Notes: generated from the sequence alone by a model not told the origin. Shown: positions 22,539 through 36,986, counted from the first letter of the stretch. The stretch: 64,000 nt of DNA from Marsupella aquatica (GCA_973895155.1 OZ316898.1:19417292-19481291); one strand, 5' to 3'. Program-made: numbers and translations.

Positions 22539-24390
22539 ATTGATATGTCTCAGTCCATCGTTCATTGCATTATATTTAAAGCTCGGACAGTTCATACGTA
22601 AGCCATAATTTGCGGCGCAAGTGAGGATCTTGCTAAAACGAAGTCAAGCTCCACCCGCTATGGAGTCAAATCATGAGAAGAGAAATAGTTCGTTCTCGCC
22701 ATGGCTTGAGTGTACCCTGCTGGTCTAAACTCCTGCATGTAAATGAAGTCAAGTTCTCCCCACTATTTGACTGAACAAGTCAAATCATAGGACGAGAAAA
22801 TCTATAACCAGTATGATCATACTGAAGTTAAGTCATGGGAAAAGAAATCTTCTAACCTCTGTCCCATTAGACATGTAATTAGGGGTAAAATGTGGGACAT
22901 ACTTATACATAGTTCGATAACAATACCTATATTTGTGACAACGAACGTAGAGAATTGCAGGGTCCCAGAGGGTCTAGATGCACTTTTTGATGCAAAATTA
23001 CTTTTTGACGCAAAAAATTTAGTTTAATTTGTACATTGCTACCTCCAACGGCTGATGGAATTAACTCTGGTTCGCTTTGAATGATCTGACAGCCAAATTG
23101 CCAAAAACATAATGGTTTATTTAGTACATTGCCACCTCCAATGACGGATGAAATTAAGGATGGTTTTACAAGAACTTGGGGGTAGCAATTCTTTTTTTTC
23201 TAAGTGAGAGATGCAATCCTAACCATTCATATGTGGGAACTGGCCACACTTCATTTTACATGAACGTGGGGGCACAATCAAGCAAAAGCCTTACCAAACC
23301 TAGTCATATCTAAGTGGGCCCCTTGTGTGCAAGCTTTTTTGTCAAAAACTTAGACCTCCTCTTGAGGTGGTCTAAAAATTGGAGCAAACTATTGCTTTTT
23401 TCAGGGAATTGCATTGATTATTTTCAAACCTGACACATTTGGCTCAAAAATTTTAATTTTTGTGTAAGGAAATGGCCATCACCTTTGCTTTTGATGGAAA
23501 GACACTGAACTGTCCCCACAGTCTTGTAAAGCCCCCCTAACTCTCGTTGGCTTTGGATCTGACAGCCAAAATGTTGCCAGGTATGGTCATTGGATGGTCA
23601 TTAATATCCCCAACCCATGCAACCTCTCCCACCCCTTGAAAGTAGGTGAGGTCTTGTGCTTCACCCTTGCCCCAATATGGTTGGCGCCATCCTTGTTGGG
23701 CCCCCAGTCCCCTGTCAAGGCTATGGTTAGGTTAAGGACAGCAAGGATATTGAGCATGCTCATTCCAAAGCAAACCAGAGGTGCGGACTTTCTTTACAAA
23801 ACGTGCTGTCAAAGAAGGTCAGGTCCTCTAGCCCTTCCTGACCGTCCGTTTTTGGAAAGTAATGGCGGAGATCCAGCCGACAGTAAGTTCGAGCATCCTT
23901 CCATACGTACATGCAGTCATTGTACAACGCAGATGGGAATCTACGGTACACCTTTCGAGAAGAAACAAAGAAACGCACCCCTTTTACATAATTATGTATA
24001 GAGTGAAGTGATATGAATCCCCGCAGCATTTTGTTTAGAAGAGCCCGTGATCGTGCATGCATGGAGGGAGGGACAGACAAAATCATGACTTTGTTCACAT
24101 AATGACGTCTGAAACTCGTTACTCCCATTATCGAGAGTCAATGATGGGTCTATAATCAAGTGCCAATAGGGCATGTCAAAAGGGTTTGAAAGCCATAAGT
24201 GAGTAGGGTCAAAGACACAAATTAAGTGATTTAATTAATTAAGGCCAGGATATAAATCTTAGGGGTTGCCTATGTACGTGCCTCATATGGATCAGACTTC
24301 CAAAATGTTACTGGGATAAGATCTTGCTTGTGACATTGGTTTGACACGTCCTAATGTGTCACCAAATCTAACCTGGAATCTAACAATATA

Positions 24391-24829
24391 AATGTGATTG
24401 AAAGTTACTCTTCAAGGTTTACTCTCTAGAGTGAAACCTCTGGTCCGTGTCTTGTTGGTGTGTTATTTAGCTCAGGGTCCTTAGATCCTTTAACCTTGGG
24501 TTTGCTACAATTGCAGTTTAGGGTTGTGGGGAACTACTGTAAGGGTCTCTTGGGTTTGCCAATCTGTTTTGTTGGAATTAGGCTCTTCAGGTTTGGTTGG
24601 TGTGTCTAGCTAGTACATAATTGTGATTGGAAGTTATTCTTTAAGTTTTACTCTCTAGAGTGAAACCTTCAGACTGTCTTGTTGGTGTGTTATTTTTGTG
24701 GTCTTTGGGTCCTTTGACCTTGCGTTGGCTATAAGACAGTGTGGTTCCCTCGTTTTGTGGGGAACTAAGGGCCTCTTGGGTTAACCAATTTGTTTTGTTG
24801 GAATTAGTGTCTTCAGGTTTGGTTGGTGT
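24391..24829. repeat. Diverged ~210-230 bp tandem duplication
   Basis: TGTGATTG.AAGTTA.TCTT.AAG.TTTACTCTCTAGAGTGAAACC..TGTCTTGTTGGTGTGTTATTT..TTTTGTTGGAATTAG..TCTTCAGGTTTGGTTGGTGT occurs at ~24391 and ~24620. Confidence 0.85.
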
Positions 24830-25048
24830 ATTTATATAAATGACTTCTAACACTAGGGACCCACATACTAACTCCTGCCATTTTCCCCCCTAGCTAGCTT
24901 CCAAGCCACAGTCTATTAACCTAGTCTCTCAAATGGGTAGGTAAAAAGTGATTTTGTCTCCTAACACTGCTGATTTCATTTGGTCAAAAAGTATGAGGGG
25001 AAGATCTAGAGTATAGCATGTTGGGAAGTCAAAAGCATTTGGTCTCTG

Positions 25049-25195
25049 AATACTGTACTGGACTATTAGCAGCCTCTCAGTAATCAAATCAAACATAATA
25101 CTGTACTGGACTATTAGCAGCCTCTCAGTAACCAAATCAAACATAATACTGTACTGGACTATTAGCAGCCTCTCAGTAATCAAATCAAACATAAT
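25049..25195. repeat. 48-bp minisatellite x3
   Basis: AATACTGTACTGGACTATTAGCAGCCTCTCAGTAA(T/C)CAAATCAAACAT three times. Confidence 0.95.
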
Positions 25196-25511
25196 CTCTG
25201 TCCAGAGAATGAAGGTTACCTGTGTGTAACCATTTTTGCAGGTACTTGTTATTCTCATAATGTCTTGCCGGGAAGTAACCTTTTTCCAGACAATGATTAG
25301 GTATGATAATGGAGGTCTGGGCAGGGGTTCTAGCTTGAACCCTGTTCCAAGAAAGCTCAAAGAAGCTTCCTGGCTGTGGCTGGTCAGATTTCCTCACTTT
25401 CTGGTCACAAGACCAGACCAACATTATTCTATACTTAGATTATAATTACAAAAATCACAAAAAGGAAGTAGATCTCTATCCCTTTTTCTTTTTTTTCCCT
25501 TTTCCCCTCTT

Positions 25512-25675
25512 TGGGGTTTGCATTCGAGCTCTTCTTTTTGAGTTGGTATTTGTGGGGTTTGCAATTGAGCTCTTCTTTTGAGTGTGGTATTTGTGGGGTT
25601 TGCAATTGAGCTCTTCTTTTGAGTGTGGTATTTGTGGGGTTTGCAATTGAGCTCTTCTTTTGAGTTTGGTATTTG
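25512..25675. repeat. ~41-bp minisatellite x4
   Basis: TGGGGTTTGCAATTGAGCTCTTCTTTTGAGT(G/T)TGGTATTTG repeated four times with small variants. Confidence 0.95.
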
Positions 25676-25695
25676 TCTTACCTGGATCTCTTTCA

Positions 25696-25933
25696 TCTAC
25701 AACTATAATAAGAGATCCTGCTTTTTTCTGTCCTTCATCTCAATGCAAAAAATATCCTGGGCAGGAAAGGTCTACAGCCGTTGGATTAGATTAGCTGTTT
25801 TCCCTGACCATTGATGGAGTAAATGTGCACCCTGACACATATGTGCTTCTCGCTGTTTGTCCCATAAATACCCTGGCCGACTCCCTATGGGCCGGCCCTC
25901 CTTGCAGAGTGCAACACAAAGGCATAGGGCTTG
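25696..25933 (+). mobile_element. Short non-autonomous Helitron-like element, copy B
   Basis: A|TCTACAACTATAATAAG ... GGCATAGGG-CTTG|T; sits between A and T with no TSD; inverted relative to copy A. Confidence 0.6.
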
Positions 25934-27010
25934 TTCACTCCATAATACTTTTGCTAGGCCTTGATTGGTACCTTGGTCCTTTTTCATAAAAAGAAATGTA
26001 TGATACACAAGGTGGACCTCCTGCTGTCGTTTTACGTGCACTTTCTGGAAGGCCGATTAGCAGGCCCTGACGAGGCCATTCTCAGATTAGGGGGTTGGTG
26101 ATTAGGAGCAGGACCGTGTTTTAGAACTTCGTTCGAATGAGATTACAGGCACTCTACTCGGAAAATTAGGATGACGGAAAGTCGCGTTACGCCATTCCCG
26201 AGAGAGGGAAGAGGTATTCAGGCGCGTTTAGAACTCAATTACGGAGAGATTAGCAGTAACTAAGAGGAGGTTAGGAGAGTGCACGAGCTGTGAATTCTCT
26301 TTCCGGTAGATGAAAATATGTAGAGCTGAATTGAGTGTTTCGACATTTCACTTCGAGTCCATGTCTGCCTTTTGGTGTGGATTCAAAAGAAGGCAGATGA
26401 AAGTAGACGAAGGAAGACGAAGGAAGAGGCATGGCAGAAGATTGGCAGACGGAATCAGGAAGGAAGGTAGTCAGGTAAGTTCGTGGAGGTCGGAGGAGGA
26501 CGGAGCAATGATCGAGCGTTCCGCCAGGGGTTGATTGATTGATTACAGTGAAACAAACAAACAAAGAGATCGAACCGCAAACAATCAACGAGTTCACCGG
26601 AGAAAATGGTGAGGACGATGGCTGATCGGCCGCATAGGCAGACATTGAGGACTTGAGCGGGAGACGGGAGAGGAAAGGAGATCAGCAGGGGTCGGGATTT
26701 CTGGATTTCGGATTTCGGATCTCGGGATTTTGGAATTCGGACTTTGAATTTCGGATTTTGGATTCTGGCAGGTAATGCAGAGAGGAGAGGAGGACACCAG
26801 AGAAGAGAGGAGAGGAAAACGAGACGATAGAATTGATTGGGTGTAAACAGGAGAATGCTACAGGATGCAGGATTGGAATCGAAAATTTAGGTTGAGGGGG
26901 CGGAAAAAGGAGGTCGGAGGATTAGGAGGATTGGAAGCATTAGGAGGTGGAGGTACAGAGGAAGTGGAGGAGGAGGAAGGGGGAATTGATCTAGGGACTA
27001 GGGCGAGGAA

Positions 27011-30000
27011 ATGTCGTGGGCTCTGGGAAGTTGGAAGAGGCAGGCGGATACTTTTCATTTAATATTAGGATATGGAGATCTGCGTGCAGGTGAGGCGAGC
27101 GAGGAGGTGGTGGTCGTTCCGCCTCCTGCTGCTCTACTGCGCAATGGAGAGCAGCAAGTGCAGCCTATTGTGGACATCAAATCCCCGCTTGGAGGCCCCT
27201 CCGATCTGATCTCCACGTGCAAGTACAAAATCCAGCTTGACTGGGTCGCAGGAGAGGACGAAGATCAGGTGGCACTGAAGCTGCAGTCGCAGCTGATGGT
27301 CACTCTCCCGGCTCCGCATGACGAGGTCGCCCTGCAGCTGGAGCCAGAGCCAATTCCCTCTCATGGAGCTGATCACGCTCATGAAAACGGAGAAAACGGC
27401 GAGAATGGAGAGAATGGCGATACGAAATTGGAGGAGATGGTCAAGGATGTGGAGAGGAGCGTCAAGGTCAACTTTAGCGTACGTAGAACAATGGAGCACC
27501 TCAAAATGGTCTCTCTGTCGAGAACTGCAGGCTCCGGACCCTCTGTGGATGGATTGGGTGTACACAACAGGATACTCGATAGATTCGCCAACACGAATGT
27601 CGTTGAGGAACAACTGGGATACACTCAACATTGGCGTTCCCTCTCTGTCCTTAACCTCTGCAATTGCTCATTAACGGTTTGTGTGATGCTTCCTTGGCCG
27701 CCTGCCCGTTTGCATTCCAAATCCTTAGAATCAATTATTGTAATTGCAAATCCACGACGAACAATGTTGACCATAGACAACTGCAGATGGTCGTGAAGGA
27801 TGCTGAATGTACTTCTTTTTCGTTGACCTTCATCACACTATGCTGTCAAGATAACTTCGTGTCTTCACTTACTATGCTTAACTTACCAACTGGGGCAGTA
27901 GACGGTCGACCAGAGTACAGTTATCCGTCGGGTGGTTACACAAATGAACCGCACAAGATATCCCTGTGGTTTTCAGAAACTTTTGTCATGTTGTGAATAG
28001 TTTTTCAGTCAGTGTATCCTGGTGACAAGACAGTGTCTTATGGGAAGACCTGCACACCTTAACAGCAATTCTAAACTTCAGTTTGAGCGTATTGCCAGAT
28101 TGCTCAATTCTGAAGGTTCTTGTTTGACTACAGACTCTCCCGATTGCACTGGGTAAGCTACCCATGCTTCAGAGACTATATCTTGATAACAACAAGATTA
28201 CTGTCCTGCCTCCAGAATTGGGCCAACTTGAACAACTCAAAGTGCTTCGGGCGGATCACAATCTACTCACATCCGTTCCAGGTATTTGTCACAGAAATAC
28301 ACAGATTTAAATAGATGGAATCTCAGCCATTCTTTTAATCCGTCATTTTCGTCAGTCGAGGCTGGGCAGGACTATAGATTTTCTTCAGAATGCCGCTTGC
28401 TGCTTGTGAAATTTTGTCGGGAACTGTAGCTCACGAGGGTTCTCGTTCATCTTGTGGGTTTTGCAGCTGAGCTCCGACAGTGTCTTGGTCTGGTCGAGCT
28501 GTCATTGGAGCATAATAAGCTTGTTCGACCTTTGCTGGATTTCAGGTTTCGATCTTCTCGTCATCTGCTCAAATTTTACCCTCTTCTCATCTCTCGAGTC
28601 GTGCATCGTTTGAAGATCCATGCATAGCAGCTTCTTTGCTACTGCTGGGTATTTTCTTTGCACACTCCTTCTCTAGTTTATCTGGTCTGAGATTCATTTC
28701 ATTGATGGAGTTAAGACTGTTGGGAACATCATATTTACCAAAAGAAATGAAATGTGTGGCGTAAACAGTTTCAAATGATGATCACGAAGCTTTGTCCCGA
28801 ACTGATATTTTGAGCAAAGAGATTGTGGGAGCTTCCATCTTCTGAGATTTCCACTAGTATTGTGTGATGATACGCGGAGAGAGATTTATGATCACTGCCA
28901 TAAAATTTGAGATTCTTGGGGAAGCCAACTCTCTGAGCATGATATGCTACGTCATCATGCTACGTATTGTTCATATCTCAAGCTGAATATGATTGAGAAC
29001 GATTCTCAAATTTGTTCGGTGTCTGAGCAGAGCCATGTCTGAACTACTGGTGTTAAGGCTTTTTGGAAATCCTCTTGAATTTCTTCCTGAGATATTACCT
29101 TGCACCAACCTCCGGCATTTATCTCTGGCAAACGTTCGCATCGAAGCTGATCAGAGCCTCTCAAATATCAGTGTTGAAGTGGAGGTCAGTCACTTTGCTG
29201 GCATCAAAGTTTGATATGAACTAGAATGTGGTTCTGCCCGCCAAATCTCGAGCAGTAAAAAGGATACGCTTGCCTTTTTCTCAATCCATAATGATTGCTT
29301 GGTTAATTTTCTGCTTGGCTGCACAGTGCCCATGGGGATGCGAATGGTGGAAATAATGTCAATGCATCTTGTGACCTTGTAAGCTCGAATTTAGAGGTTA
29401 TTATGTCATTGTCCTAGGACCTAGTTCCAGGAAAAGTCCCAGATTCGGTTGTCTATCCATAATATGCATCTTTGTCTATCCATAATATTCAAGTGGAGAT
29501 CTTATAAGCCTTCTTCTGGAACATAAACTGGTGCAGGCGTTGGAGAATACTTCGTACTTTGCTGCCTCTAAACACAAGCTCAGTGCCTTTTTTGGTCTCA
29601 TATTTCGCTTTTCGTCATGCCAACACCCCTTGTTGGCATCAGCGCTTTCTAAGATAACAGAGGATGACAGTAACCGAGCTGCACTTGGCAAGGATGAGAG
29701 TGCTGTGCGACAGTTGTTGAGCATGGTTCTCAGTGAGAACAGTCACGTTGTATGCAACTTTCCCTTCCTTCTAATTTGATGTTTCCAATCGAGAAAAAAA
29801 GTCAGCGTGCCTCATGAAAATACCCGTTTATCATTTGCATTTATCATGTGAGCTGCATCCATTCATGTAGCTCCGCCAGCAGTTGTCACAAGGTCGCCGT
29901 GCATCTGTAATTTTCTTGACAATTTGTTATTTTCTTTGTGTAGGTTGAGCAGGCGTGCATTGCTTTATCGGCATTGGCAGTAGATACAACTCTTGTGCTT

Positions 30001-33000
30001 CGCTTGATGCGGGCAGATGTTGTACAGGCTATTGAACTTGTTCTCCGTTCAACACATCCAGACTTGTTGGTTTCCGTGCTTAAAGTGGTTGTGAATATCG
30101 CGTTTACTTCTGATGCTGTGGCCGCCAAAGTTCTTACGAAGGACATTTTCAGGCGGCTTAAGGCCTTATGCTCAAATGAACATCCTCACGTTAGTCTTCA
30201 TCCTTACCAGGATTGTTATAACATGTGGTAGAATTTAATTCCTTCCTAGACTTGTGAGGGTTGACACCTTCGATCTTTAAGTGCAAGTTCTATACAGAGA
30301 TACTAGTTGTACAAAAAGGATCGAGTTTTAAATTAAGTTCAGAACTGTCTGCATAGAAGTGCCTTCGTTCTTGTAAACTGTGGTGAATACCATTGATCCG
30401 GGAGCTAAAAAATTTAGTACGCAGTAATATCCTCCAAGATTTAAATTTTACCTGATATTCTGGCATTTACTTCATGTTGCACGAGTAGGTTCAAAGACAA
30501 GCTTTACTTGCGATTGGCAACTTGGCTTTTAGTTCGGAAAATAGACGGACATTGGTGGCTTCTGAGAGTTTGCGAGACATGCTCCTTCGTCTTTCACACG
30601 GACCACATGCACATGTTTGCAAAGCAGCTGCAAGAGCCTTAGCAATTCTTGGTAAGCCTGCTCTCATCCCAACACTTCTCAATACTTGTCAAGAAAAACG
30701 ATCAATGATTGCATGAAATTGATTACGTGCGGGTAACTAACAGGTTTGTATTAAGTTGCAGGTGAGAATGAATTTTTACGGCGTGCGATTAAGGGTAGAC
30801 CAATCTCAAAGGGAGGATTGCGAATTCTCTCTATGGATGGAGGCGGAATGAGAGGATTAGCAACCCTGGAGATGTTACGAAAACTGGAGAAGGGAACCGG
30901 CAAACGTGTGCATGAATTGTTTGATCTCATATGTGGCACATCAACTGGTGGGATGCTTGCTGTGGCACTGGGCATAAAGCAGTTATCTCTTGATGAGTGT
31001 GAGGAAATATACAAAACCTTAGGTACGAAACATAAACTGAAAGATGCTTAGATTTGCAAATGTTTAGTCCTAAAATTTGAATATGGAGACCTCTTTCTAC
31101 GTTCTTTTACAACGTCTACTGAGGCAGCTTGAATATGCAGGATGTTCTAATCGTGGGAGTTATGCAGGTAAAGTTGTATTTGCCGAACCTGTTCCCAAAA
31201 AGGAGGAGAATGAAGCAGCCACATGGAGAGAGAAACTCGATCAGCTATACAAGAGTTCTTCACAGAATTTTCGAGTAGTTGTTCATGGTTCTAAGGTAAG
31301 AAGAGAACAAATGTATTTTGGCAAAAATGAACTTCACTACGAGCAGAAGATTCCTCCGATGTTATTGATTAGGCGTGATCCCTATCAGCTAGACTATTAG
31401 AAGCTGTTAACACCTTTATTTTCTCCCTGACTCTTTAGCAAGACTATTATCGATGCACTGTTCTATTGTCATGGTTGAAATATAGAGCACTCTTAACATT
31501 TGTGTCGCTTTGTGGGGCTCTACTGTACTGTAGCACAATGCAGATGAATTTGAGCGGCTACTGAAAACCATGTGCGCTAGTGAAGATGGGGATTTATTGA
31601 TAGACACAGCTGTGAAGCCGATTCCAAAAGTTTTTGCAGTTTCCGCGTTAGTCAGTGTTGCTCCTGCCCAGCCATTTGTCTTCCGTAATTATCAGGTTCT
31701 TTCAAACTTTTGGATGCAAGGTTGTCATTTTGTCAATTTATACAAGTAATTCATCAATTAAACACTGTAGACCTTTTGCTAACCTGCCATAAGGAATTGA
31801 GACAGACAGTAAGAAATCTGGCTATGCAATTATATGGCCAGATGGCCTGATATAGTATGTCGACATGATAGTTGAAACTGGTTGCCGTAGAAGTTCTGTA
31901 TATAACCGTCGATTCTCCTCTGGGGAGGTTTGATTCTTGCACGGAGCTTATCTAACTTAGGATTAATGGCAGTACCCTCCTGGTACACCAGAAACGACTC
32001 CTTGGACTTCAGATGGCCCAGCAGTTGCTGTTTCTGGAACAGCTGCTACAGCAGTTCCCATGACTACTCCTGTTGGTCCTAAGAGGACTTCCTTTATCGG
32101 GAGTTGCAAGCACGAAGTTTGGGAGGCAATAAGAGCCTCATCTGCGGCTCCTTATTATCTTGACGATTATTCTAGTGGTAACTATTCGTGGCTATTTAGT
32201 CATTCAGTACTGCTGTGCAGAAGAACAGAGATCATCATAATTGGCATTATTATCCTTTACACTATCATTTTGATGTTTATGCTAGCCCATTTGTGATGCA
32301 TAATTTCAAATAAGAACCTGACCCCTTTTCGTGTCCTTCATGATACTGGTGATGTGGGCCTCGTGATAACTAAGCTAAGTATCGGAGAACAGCGGTTCAG
32401 ATCGACAACCGAACTGGTTTTAGGTCTAATAATTACAATATGTTTGCAGAGTTAAATCGGTGGCAAGATGGAGCGATCGTTGCAAATAACCCAACAGTGA
32501 TTGCTTTGCGGGAAGCTCAGTTGTTATGGCCTGATACGCCGATTGGTTGCCTTGTTTCCATGGGCTGTGGAAATGTACCGAACAAGGTCTGGTTCTTTAG
32601 TTATGGATTCATTCAGTTTCTTCTGCTCTGGATTGCGTTCGCAGATGTCTCGTGCCTCCTCTATTTTATGAATTCAAAGGGAAATGAAGAATTTGTTTTA
32701 TCTACCACGTCCGTGACTCTGGATTTGTCATTTGTTCTTAACGTCAATTGAGTCTGATCAAAAACTTGCTGGTTTACAAGTGAAGGCTCGTGGTAAAGGG
32801 GGATGGCGATACCTAGACACAGGCCAGGTATTAATTGAGAGTGCATGTTCTGTGGAGCGTACGGAGGAAGCTCTTGATACTCTTCTACCCCTTGTGGATG
32901 GTATCAGATACTTCCGGTTCAATCCAGGTGATTTTGCATATTTCTCGCATGGCTAATTCTGCTAATTTGTTGAACCTGTTATTTTTCGGATTAGAAGATT

Positions 33001-36000
33001 GGGAAGGTTCTGTGGAAATTGTTTTTCATGTTACTTTGCTTCATAAAAGTTTGTGTTCGACTGAATCCTTGTCTTCAATCCCGGCAGTTGATGACAGGTG
33101 CAGCATGGAGCTTGACGAAACAGATCCAATCGTCTGGGCCAGGCTTGAGGCTGCAACCCAAGACTACATTGGGGCGAACGAGTCATCCTTCCAAGTAGCC
33201 TGTGATTGTCTTGAACCACCTTCCCAGGGCGAAGATACATGGTTTGCAAGGCATAAGAGTAATGGCCGATTTTCAAACCCTGGCAGGGCAAGTAGCAGAG
33301 GTACAGCAGATCACATATAAAATCTTTCTGTTAGCAGGGATAGTCAACGGCACACAAGAAAACTATTACTTGCGTTTTGGAAGTGTATTGGCTCGATCTT
33401 TTAATGCTGTGCTGGTCAACACTGCATGCACCCTAAGTTTTTCTAAGTTGTGAATTATTTTCCTTACGACCTAACCGCAAGGGGTTTTTCTTATCAGGAG
33501 TGGGATCAGATGAAACTGCTCTGCGATGGAGACGAAGAGTGCTCCTGGCTGAAGTTCGCCGAAGTCCAGAGATACAAAAGCCCTTCAGGCATACACGCTC
33601 TCTTGAAGCTTACTGTAGTCGCCACAGTATCAAGTTAGAACTCCTGACCAGTCCCTCCTCTTCTGTTCCTGTGACTGCTGCTTCTACCACGCCGTATTCG
33701 TCTCCATCCTACCCAAGTAGTTTTCCTACAAGCCCCCCTCTACTCTTTAATAGCCCTGAACCAGGTCAACTTTTTCAAGGACGACCTGATGGAGTTCCCC
33801 ACCTAAGCCTGGATGGAGGTCATCCTGGGACGTTTAAAACTCTATCATACACACCACCACTCTCTCCAAGGACAGGCCCTCGCCATCTTTTCGGATCAGT
33901 AGCAGCACTTTACGAGAAGTTGCAGAGCTCGCCTCAGGTTGGCGTTGTACATTTAGCCATGCACAGTGATCTGACGGGTCTCATCGTCAGGTAATAGCTG
34001 ACATAAATCTGCGCTGCCTTTTCCTTCTTCTTCCGTTTCTCAAATGGAATAGTGGTCTAAATTCTGTTGATGGATTCATTCACATGAGTGCCCCTCCTTT
34101 TTCCCTTATTGTTTTGTAATTCGTAGTCATAGTGGAAAAACAAAGACTAGTAGGGAGAGAGGTGTTGGGTAGAAATTATTTTGAGGATTCAGTTAGGATC
34201 ATTGCCCAATGGTTATTTCGTGACACGAGCGGTCTGTTCCTTTATATGGGCATGTTTGCAACACGCATATTGTAGCTGGTGTTTGATAGGCCAGCACAAA
34301 CGATTCATTTATATTTTAATGTGTGTCAGTTGGAAGAATGATATTATATCTGTAGCTGAGCCTGGAGAGATGGCGGAGGCATTTCTACAAAGCGTGGTGG
34401 GAAGCATGCGCATGTGTATCAGCAGCAAGCCAGGAAAGAAGAGGAGGGGCCCGCACCTTCCAAAGTTTTCTACACTCAGTGAATTGGTTGCTTCCTACCC
34501 CCGGTTTATTCTTGGGGGTGCTCTGCATCGCTTTATGGGTCGTCATACTCAGGTCTAATTCTCAAGCAGACGTCAGCAATCTCTTAAGATTCTTAAATTG
34601 TAATTGTAATTGTTATGCTATATGTTTGATAGTGAGCAACAGGGATTCCGAGAGAGTTGGAGGTCGGTTATTGCCATGTACAGCTTTCGTAGATGATGAG
34701 ATGAACTGTTGCTGTTTGGACCACCAAAAATTGAAAGCTGAGCCCCAACTGATGTTCTTATCCGCTGCAAATTATCTACCCTGGATACTTTAATGCAAGG
34801 TTAGATCAGGCTTCATTACTGTAAATTTTTATGACGTGCGTTGGAGTCAGCTATTTTGGACTACTTAAGGAACGTCGTTTCCAATATTTTAAGAAACCAA
34901 TTAAACTATACCTTCAATGTTACTATCCTATTTCTTCTCTGATTGTAGACCCTGTGCATCTCTCCTAATTGCTCGTTCTCTAAACGTAAAGATGTAGTAA
35001 GAACCTGTGCCTTTTAATTTGACTAAACAGATTCCCTTTATTTCCCCTTCACTTTTTGTCTGTAATTGAGGACACAGGACTCATCTATTGCCCAAATTTG
35101 TTCGCCTTGATTGATAACTCACTGGAGTCTAGAGACTCAGAAGGTTCTTGACAAGATCTTCACAGCTCTTGATTTTAGGTTCGTCGTAGGGCCGTTGTTT
35201 AGGCCGCCTGAAGAGTCTGATCGAAGGGAATTGTTACACATTTGTTGGCAGGTTTTGTCTGATGGACAGGAAGTTGGATCCTACCTTTTTCGTAGAACTC
35301 TGCCAGCACAACACCTTGTACCGGAAGATGTGCGATGGATGGTAAGACTGACTGTGATCTGAGGTTCTGAAAGGCACTGGCAAAAACATTTGTGAGAGCC
35401 ATAAGTTGAGTGACCAAGGGAGTCGGGACAAAGAGGTTCTGTTACTTTCGTGTTTTCCCCCTAAGTTTTTCCAGGACTACATGCAGGAATGTGCTTTGCG
35501 ATGCAGTTAGTTGAGCTCTGTAGTAGTTGATAACTGATTTGTCCATCAAATTCAGTCATGTAGCCTCAGATCATAAACTGTTTGGCATACTTATTTGCAT
35601 TTCGTTTTAGTCTAGACCTCTCCAGTGTCAGGAGACTTGTCAAGTGGATTTTAGAGGTCACAGTTATTCCACGAGGGTAATTTGGTAGAACCAAAGCTGT
35701 GTCATGGATTTGCTCTGTGATGGTTGGCAGGTTGGTGCATGGCGAGATAGGATAGTCGTCTGCACGGGGAGATACGGTCCACACGCAGCTCTGGTGAAGG
35801 CGTTTTTGGATGGGGGAGCCAAAGCCGTGATTGCACCAACTTTGGAACCTTTTGAGGCTCGCCGCAGCTCAGGTGATAGACTGACAGGCGATGGAGAAGG
35901 TCCTGAGATTGATGATGGACGTTTTGTAATCGAGGATGAAGAAGAGGAGGAACCAGAACCAGTCAGCCCGGATGGTAGTGATTGGGAAGACAGTGAGGTT

Positions 36001-36180
36001 GACAAACTCGAGAACAGCTTTGAAAGCCAGGAGAGAGAAGAAAAGGACGTAGCGTCAATGGTGGGAGTACTGTACGATGCACTCTTTGGAGATGGTCTAG
36101 GGGCCGAGGCTGCTCTTCAACTTGCGTTGGATTCACATCCTAAGCAGCACTACCGCTGCCATGTTTCACATAATTCGTGA
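27011..36180 (+). CDS. PLA1: Phospholipase A I (pPLA-I/At1g61850-like; LRR + ARM + patatin); exons 27011-27676, 28134-28281, 28467-28545, 29031-29184, 29537-29749, 29944-30189, 30489-30651, 30762-31022, 31168-31295, 31534-31695, 31973-32177, 32450-32586, 32786-32927, 33088-33300, 33498-33990, 34330-34552, 35252-35341, 35731-36180; 1390 aa
   Basis: N-term MSWALGSWKRQADTFHL, LDWVAGEDEDQVALKLQSQLMV; LRRs (LYLDNNKITVLPPELGQL); ARM region; patatin motifs DGGGMRG, GTSTG, ASSAAPYY, WQDGAIVANNP; 18 GT-AG exons total 4173 nt in frame. Confidence 0.95.
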
Positions 36181-36986
36181 TAATTCTTTCCGGGATAGTA
36201 GATAGCTTACTCTCTAAGCTCAGAATTCCTGGGTCAATTAAAATAAGGTCCGTGGACTCATATGAAGGTCTGTTAAGTAGATTTCAATCAGTCTTCCATT
36301 TTTGTGCAGAAGTTCTTCATACTTGTTCTCAACTGTAAATAGAAGAGCACCCATTCTTATTGAAACTATTTGACTGATGCATACTAGCATAGACTTACAT
36401 CTCCTGCTAGCCCTGTTAGAGATCTTTTCTAGACCCTGACGGGACATTTTGAGGTCAAATTGACTTGGCCTCTGCTGGCAGTGAACTTGCGTTTGCCGGA
36501 TGCAATCGCTAATTGTTTCTAGAAAGTCTACGCTCTTGTCCTACTTTGAAGATCCTTTTATGAACAAAACAATCCACAACCAGTAATTTCCTCATCTGTT
36601 GTGCAAGAGTTGCCCTGGGCTCATTTATGTTGATAATTTGTTGGAGCTTGTTGAAGTGAGAGACTCTCTGATATATGCGGAAGCCACCGTCCATTTCATG
36701 CGAGTTCTCATGCGCAACAACGCAGTGAAGGTGCGATCGCAGGCTTATCATGGGAGGTCTAAATGTATCGAGTAGGAGACAAGGTGAGAAACAATCGTCC
36801 GGAGGTGCCCGTAGCCTACCCAGCAAGTTGAGAGAGACTAATTGAGTGGACTGCACTTGTGATATTCAGATTTCCATCCTCCGATGGGAATGGCACCTTG
36901 TGATCCAGTGAGCCTAATGAGCTTTTTGGTCCCCCTCTTGCTTGTACATTGTATAGTACCGATAGCGCGAAGTAAACTCCTTGTGA

